Positions 59,968 through 64,000 of a stretch of DNA of 64,000 bases are shown in pieces; positions within the stretch are counted from its first letter, which is position 1; each line of letters opens with the position of its first letter. Source of the DNA: Bacilli bacterium. GTDB lineage: Bacteria > Bacillota_I > Bacilli_A > RFN20 > CAG-826. The DNA is taken from assembly GCA_024408335.1 (NCBI GenBank), contig JAKSVB010000002.1, positions 90,630-154,629 on the forward strand, in the 5' to 3' direction. Made by a program: the position numbers and the translations under genes. The notes below the pieces were generated by a model that was not told the origin of the DNA, did no database searches, and worked only from the letters and a program-made list of their open reading frames with translations.

Positions 59968-60897
59968 TTAAAAAGAAAGAATTTCTTCCTTTTCGCGGAC
60001 CTTTTTGATCGTTTCTTTGAGTTTTTTGACCTCTTCAAGGGAGAGATTTTTCTCTTTTGCCGCCTCTTCTAAGTCGAAGTCGCTAGCGAGTAACTCATGA
60101 CCGATAGCAGAAATCGCCAAAAGATAGGCGTCGTGCTTGTTTTTTAGATCAGGGAGTTCTGGATAAATATCGAAAATGTAGTTGTCCAAAACCTTTCTGG
60201 AAGCGCTTGCGACAGATGGGTCAGGGTTATATTCGCTTAAAGAAAGAGCAAAACGATTAAAATTGTCGCCTGTATATGGAGGTATGAGGTCTTTTGGAAC
60301 GACATTAAAGACTTTTCCTCTCTTTTCGAAAGTGATTTGTTTCTCGCTTTTCGCTGCGACTAAGAAAAGAAGAGCGTAAGTCCTTACTATTTCGCCTTTC
60401 TTTCCTTCCGCGAGCCCTATGAGTTCTTTGATGTATTGATTCGCTTTCAAAGGGCCGATCATGTTGAGGATGGCAATGATTTCATAATCGTCTTTTGCGA
60501 GTATGAGCTTGTCCTTAATCTCATCGGCATCATAATCTCTATTAATGAAAGCGTTTCTTTCTTCTGCTCTAATGAGTTTTGGGAGTTCTCTAAGATATTC
60601 TTCAACTTCTTGGCTAACATAAGGAAGATTCTCGAAATAAAGCATCTCATCATAAGCTTCCTCGAATTGCTTCAAAATGAACCTCATATCAAATAAGGAT
60701 TTCATATACGCGAGAGGATTGTCTTCATAGAGCTTCTTCTCGTTATTTTTAAAGATTTTTAGAGCGGTCTTTGCTTCGCCTTTCGCTAAAAAAGCAGCGG
60801 CTCTATAGATTAAACCTTGCGGTGAATCATCCCCATCAGTAAGAGTGATGAGTAAGTCGTAGTCTTTCTTCTCTAATATTGTTTTGTAGCTATCCAT
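59968..60897 (-). CDS. hypothetical protein, predicted all-helical (TPR-like?), 309 aa
   Basis: Complete ORF with good codon usage. No motif I can recognise. Confidence 0.5.
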   Translation of the reverse strand: MDSYKTILEKKDYDLLITLTDGDDSPQGLIYRAAAFLAKGEAKTALKIFKNNEKKLYEDNPLAYMKSLFDMRFILKQFEEAYDEMLYFENLPYVSQEVEEYLRELPKLIRAEERNAFINRDYDADEIKDKLILAKDDYEIIAILNMIGPLKANQYIKELIGLAEGKKGEIVRTYALLFLVAAKSEKQITFEKRGKVFNVVPKDLIPPYTGDNFNRFALSLSEYNPDPSVASASRKVLDNYIFDIYPELPDLKNKHDAYLLAISAIGHELLASDFDLEEAAKEKNLSLEEVKKLKETIKKVREKEEILSF

Positions 60898-60899
60898 AA

Positions 60900-61541
60900 T
60901 TATCTAAAAGCCTTTGGAGCGATCTCTAAGAGATCTTTGAACTCCTTTAAAGTGTATTCCGGATTCTTCGCTTTTCCAAAGCCAAATGAGGCAAAAACAA
61001 ACGGAAAGCCCGCTAAATGGGTCTCATTTTCGTCCATTTCGGTGTCTCCGACATAAACGCAATTCTCGTATCCGCCTCTTTCTAAAAGGACTTTGATGTT
61101 CTCGTGTTTCTTTTTTAGATTATCGCCCCAACAGACGTGATCCTTAAAAAGATATCCTAGACCCGTTCCTTCTAAGAACACTTCGATGTAATTCTTTTGG
61201 CAGTTTGAAAGAAGCAAAAGATCATAGTCATTTTTTAATATTTCTAAAGTTTCTTTAACATCTTTATAAAGAGTGCCTGGATGGGTTTTCAAATACTCGT
61301 TCTCAAAGAGTAAACAATCTTCAAGCATCTTAAGTTTTTCTTCGTGACTCATCTCATCAGGGAACAAGACATGAGCGAATTCCGTCATCGGTTTCCCCAT
61401 CAAAGGAACGATTTCTTTCTCTTTAATAATAAAAGGATTATGAAATTTTGAGGCTACGATGTTCCAGGATTCCGCCACTTGTTTAGTCGAGTCCCATAAG
61501 GTTCCGTCTATATCAAAAATAATCGCGTTTTTCATAACCAC
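60900..61541 (-). CDS. HAD-IA family hydrolase/phosphatase
   Basis: DxDGT (IIFDIDGTLWDS) motif I, motif III K, motif IV GDTEMD. Confidence 0.8.
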   Translation of the reverse strand: MVMKNAIIFDIDGTLWDSTKQVAESWNIVASKFHNPFIIKEKEIVPLMGKPMTEFAHVLFPDEMSHEEKLKMLEDCLLFENEYLKTHPGTLYKDVKETLEILKNDYDLLLLSNCQKNYIEVFLEGTGLGYLFKDHVCWGDNLKKKHENIKVLLERGGYENCVYVGDTEMDENETHLAGFPFVFASFGFGKAKNPEYTLKEFKDLLEIAPKAFR

Positions 61542-61619
61542 TATTTAATCTCATTACATCAATTTCTACAAAGAGAAAGTGTTGATGTCGTGCAATATTT
61601 TTGAAAATAACGCTAATTC

Positions 61620-61652
61620 ATAACATTATTAGCATTTTTTTGTACTCTAATA
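61620..61652. promoter_or_regulatory. inverted repeat GCTAAT-N10-ATTAGC in the divergent HAD/tetR promoter region (possible TetR operator)
   Basis: Perfect 6-bp arms separated by 10 bp, about 100 bp upstream of the tetR start. Confidence 0.3.
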
Positions 61653-61739
61653 CGCGTGCAAAAGGTTGTTTTAAGAAATATTTACCATATAATTTCTCCC
61701 ATAAGGATATAAATTTCTTATACATACAAGGAGAAAATT

Positions 61740-62375
61740 ATGCGTACAGAAAAAATGAGACAAAGAAACATTCAAAAAGTCTTTGCAGCAGCCCCAATCC
61801 TATTTGCTAAATACGGCGTCTTTGAGACAACCCTCCAAATGATCGCTCGTCAAGCTGGCTTAAGCACCAGATCAGTCGTCAACTATTTTGCGACAAGAGA
61901 AAACCTTCTTTATGAAGTCTATGCACGTTACTACAGACTCAAAGCCGAAGAAGTCAAAAACTATGGCGAAGAAACAAAGTACTTAAAGCGTACAGGTAAA
62001 GAACAAATCCTCACCGCTTTAAAGGCTTACTTAGATGACGTCAAGACTAACTACCAAGACCTCTGCTCACTCATCGAAATCCAAGCAGTCCTCGTTTCAA
62101 GCGGCAAGCTTAACGAAAAGACCCTCCACAAGGAATGGGCAGATGCAATTGAAATGCTCATCAAAGACGCTTACGAAAAAGGCGTTGAAGATGGTTCAAT
62201 CCACAACAAAGATCTTGATGCAGATACAGAGATCCCACTCTTACTCTTCACCGTTAAAGGTCTTTATAGACAATACGCTACCGCTTTAAAGACTGGCGAC
62301 AGAAAGAGCTCAAAAGCTTACGCCGCTGCTATTGAAGCCTTATTCGGTCACGTTAGCGTTCTCCTCGACAAGTAA
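61740..62375 (+). CDS. TetR/AcrR-family transcriptional regulator
   Basis: N-terminal HTH FETTLQMIARQAGLSTRSVVNYF. 211 aa. Confidence 0.85.
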   Translation: MRTEKMRQRNIQKVFAAAPILFAKYGVFETTLQMIARQAGLSTRSVVNYFATRENLLYEVYARYYRLKAEEVKNYGEETKYLKRTGKEQILTALKAYLDDVKTNYQDLCSLIEIQAVLVSSGKLNEKTLHKEWADAIEMLIKDAYEKGVEDGSIHNKDLDADTEIPLLLFTVKGLYRQYATALKTGDRKSSKAYAAAIEALFGHVSVLLDK

Positions 62376-62395
62376 TAGTCAACAAGTATAAGTTT

Positions 62396-64000
62396 ATGGC
62401 CGACCTCCAATTCGATAGGAACAACGGAAGTATCTTATTTATTGGAACTTCCCAACAAGAAAAGATGCTCTTTGCGTCTCTTTTTGGGTCTTTCTACAAA
62501 GTAGAATTCGTTGATCTTCCTTTGCCAAGTGAGGTCGGCCTTTCTTTTGATTTATACATCGTCAATGTCGACGCCCCATTAGGATGTGATTTCATTAAGG
62601 AATCGCTCGATGGAGAAAAGAAGAGAAACGTCCTCGTTTATGGTGACATTGCGAGCTTAACAAAAGACGAGATTGTCGTTGTTAGTCGCGCTTTAGATCA
62701 ATTCCAAACCCCTCTTGACCGCAAAACATTTGCAAAACGCATTAAGAACAATTTGGAATTCATCACCGCGAAAGAAAAGCCAAACGTAGTCTCAACGGAA
62801 AGAGATAACCTTACAGGCTTACAAAACCGCCAAGGATTCGTCAAAACCGTTGGACAAGCTATTGCCTCCAGCAGCGCTGGATCATGGGTTGTTACCTGTA
62901 TGGACATCGATGGCTTTAAGCACATCAACGAACGTATGGGCCATACCGAAGGCAATAACGTCCTTAAGACGGTCGCTGAGATTAGAAAAAGAGAAGTCTC
63001 CAAAGTAGGCGGCTATGTCTGTCGTGACATGGGTGACATATTCTTCGCTCTCGTCCCAAATGACGATGCTATTTTAGAAGAGATCACTAATGACCTTCAT
63101 GAACGTTTGAAGGAAATCAAAACTACATTCCCTCTTGGTTGCCATATCGGTAGATATGCAATCACCGACAAAGACACCAACGTCAACTCAATCCTTGACC
63201 GTGCCTTATTTGCTTGTAAATCAATCAAATACAGCACCACAAAACGTGAAGTCTGGTTCAATGAGAAGATGCTTGGCAACTACATCCTCGATCAAGAAAT
63301 GACCGAAGAGATGGAAAACGCTCTCGAAAACAGAGAATTCGTTGTCCATTACCAACCACAAATCAGATACGTTGATGGCACCCTTTCAGGTGTTGAAGCC
63401 CTTGTCAGATGGCAACATCCAAGAAGAGGCCTCATCCGTCCAAAGAACTTCATCGAATTATTTGAACGTAATGGTTTCATCGCAAAACTTGATCCATACG
63501 TTTGGGAAGAAGCCGCCAAATCGTTAGCGAAATGGAACGAAGAAGGACGTAAGATCCCTTCCATTTCCGTTAATGTGAGCTACGTTGACTTCGTTAACCT
63601 CGATTTAGTTGAAACTCTTCAAGACATTGTCATTAGAAACGGCATCAAACCATGGCAAATCCACCTCGAGATCAAAGAATCAACCTTCATCAATAACAAA
63701 GAGACAGTCCTTAAGACAGTCAATCACCTTAGAGAAATCGGATACATCATCGAAATGGATGATTTTGGTTCCGGCTCATCATCTTTAAATATATTAAAAG
63801 ACGTTCCTGCCCATTTCTTGAAGCTCGATAGTTCTTTCATCCGCGATTCCGAGACAAACGAAAAGAGTGGAATCATTCTTTCTTCAATCGTCAGAATGGC
63901 TAACTGGCTCCATCTTCCAGTCATTGCTGAAGGCGTTGAAAAACTCGAACAAGCAGAATTCCTTAAGACAATCGGTTGCCCTTACATGCAAGGCTACCAT
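62396..64000 (+). CDS. REC-like / degenerate GGDEF / EAL protein (predicted c-di-GMP phosphodiesterase); 3' end outside window; not in ORF track
   Basis: My own translation from ATG 62396 is open to the window end. The GGDEF-domain start is NLTGLQNRQGF, with a degenerate signature RDMGDIFF in place of GGDEF. EAL-domain motifs are EALVRWQHP, NVS, E..E, DDFGSG, LKLD, AEGVE and QGY. Confidence 0.8.
   Translation, partial: MADLQFDRNNGSILFIGTSQQEKMLFASLFGSFYKVEFVDLPLPSEVGLSFDLYIVNVDAPLGCDFIKESLDGEKKRNVLVYGDIASLTKDEIVVVSRALDQFQTPLDRKTFAKRIKNNLEFITAKEKPNVVSTERDNLTGLQNRQGFVKTVGQAIASSSAGSWVVTCMDIDGFKHINERMGHTEGNNVLKTVAEIRKREVSKVGGYVCRDMGDIFFALVPNDDAILEEITNDLHERLKEIKTTFPLGCHIGRYAITDKDTNVNSILDRALFACKSIKYSTTKREVWFNEKMLGNYILDQEMTEEMENALENREFVVHYQPQIRYVDGTLSGVEALVRWQHPRRGLIRPKNFIELFERNGFIAKLDPYVWEEAAKSLAKWNEEGRKIPSISVNVSYVDFVNLDLVETLQDIVIRNGIKPWQIHLEIKESTFINNKETVLKTVNHLREIGYIIEMDDFGSGSSSLNILKDVPAHFLKLDSSFIRDSETNEKSGIILSSIVRMANWLHLPVIAEGVEKLEQAEFLKTIGCPYMQGYH

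Noticed and set aside
62698-63924. Short - strand ORFs 62698..63003, 63097..63279, 63349..63564, 63724..63924
   Set aside because: All lie antisense within the long REC-GGDEF-EAL coding frame and have no RBS.
1-64000. CRISPR arrays, IS elements, prophage, toxin-antitoxin or restriction-modification genes
   Set aside because: No direct-repeat/spacer structure, transposase, integrase other than the Xer-like gene, capsid/terminase, or methyltransferase signatures were seen.

Overview
This window is a dense housekeeping stretch of a low-GC Firmicutes/Tenericutes-like chromosome, and its most interesting feature is a candidate replication terminus with a dif site next to a single xer gene. No phage, CRISPR, toxin-antitoxin or defence-like system is evident.

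**Gene content.** The standard genetic code is in use: TGG encodes Trp and no gene has in-frame TGA. I call about 57 protein genes. Their order is syntenic with the Bacillus yqf/yqe and ruvAB-obg-rplU-valS-lon-tig regions. The run is rpsU, ybeY-era-recO-glyQS-dnaG-sigA-trmK, ispH/cshB/ispG, rpmG, efp, yneF, plsY, parE-parC, yqeG-yqeH-yqeI-nadD::yqeK-rsfS, then on the opposite strand xer-dinB-dxs-xseBA-nusB-asp23-tkt-aspS-hisS-relA-recJ-secDF-ruvBA-obg-GT2-rpmA-prp-rplU-valS-ABC-engB-lon-tig.

**Candidate terminus.** Gene orientation flips at about 25.8-26.1 kb, almost entirely + strand to the left and entirely - strand to the right. Exactly at that switch sits a 28-bp dif-like site (ACTACGCATAA-TAGCCC-TTATGTTAACC) about 145 bp downstream of a single XerC/D-like recombinase gene.

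**Other points worth a second look.**
- A GC-enriched, ORF-free region of about 390 nt (15.9-16.29 kb) that I could not assign to a known RNA class.
- An orphan C39-peptidase-plus-ABC-type-transmembrane protein with no ATPase domain.
- A HisRS with a Cys/His-rich CxC C-terminal tail.
- A NadD-YqeK fusion.
- A recurring AAACTACTAAT motif in three 3' intergenic regions.
- A valS T-box leader and a putative L21 leader.
- An L27 pro-peptide with its Prp protease.
- A tetR-linked REC-GGDEF(degenerate)-EAL gene running off the window end.

**Missed by the ORF track.** The track reports only complete ATG/GTG/TTG-to-stop ORFs of at least 60 aa. It therefore missed rpsU (58 aa) and the REC-GGDEF-EAL gene.
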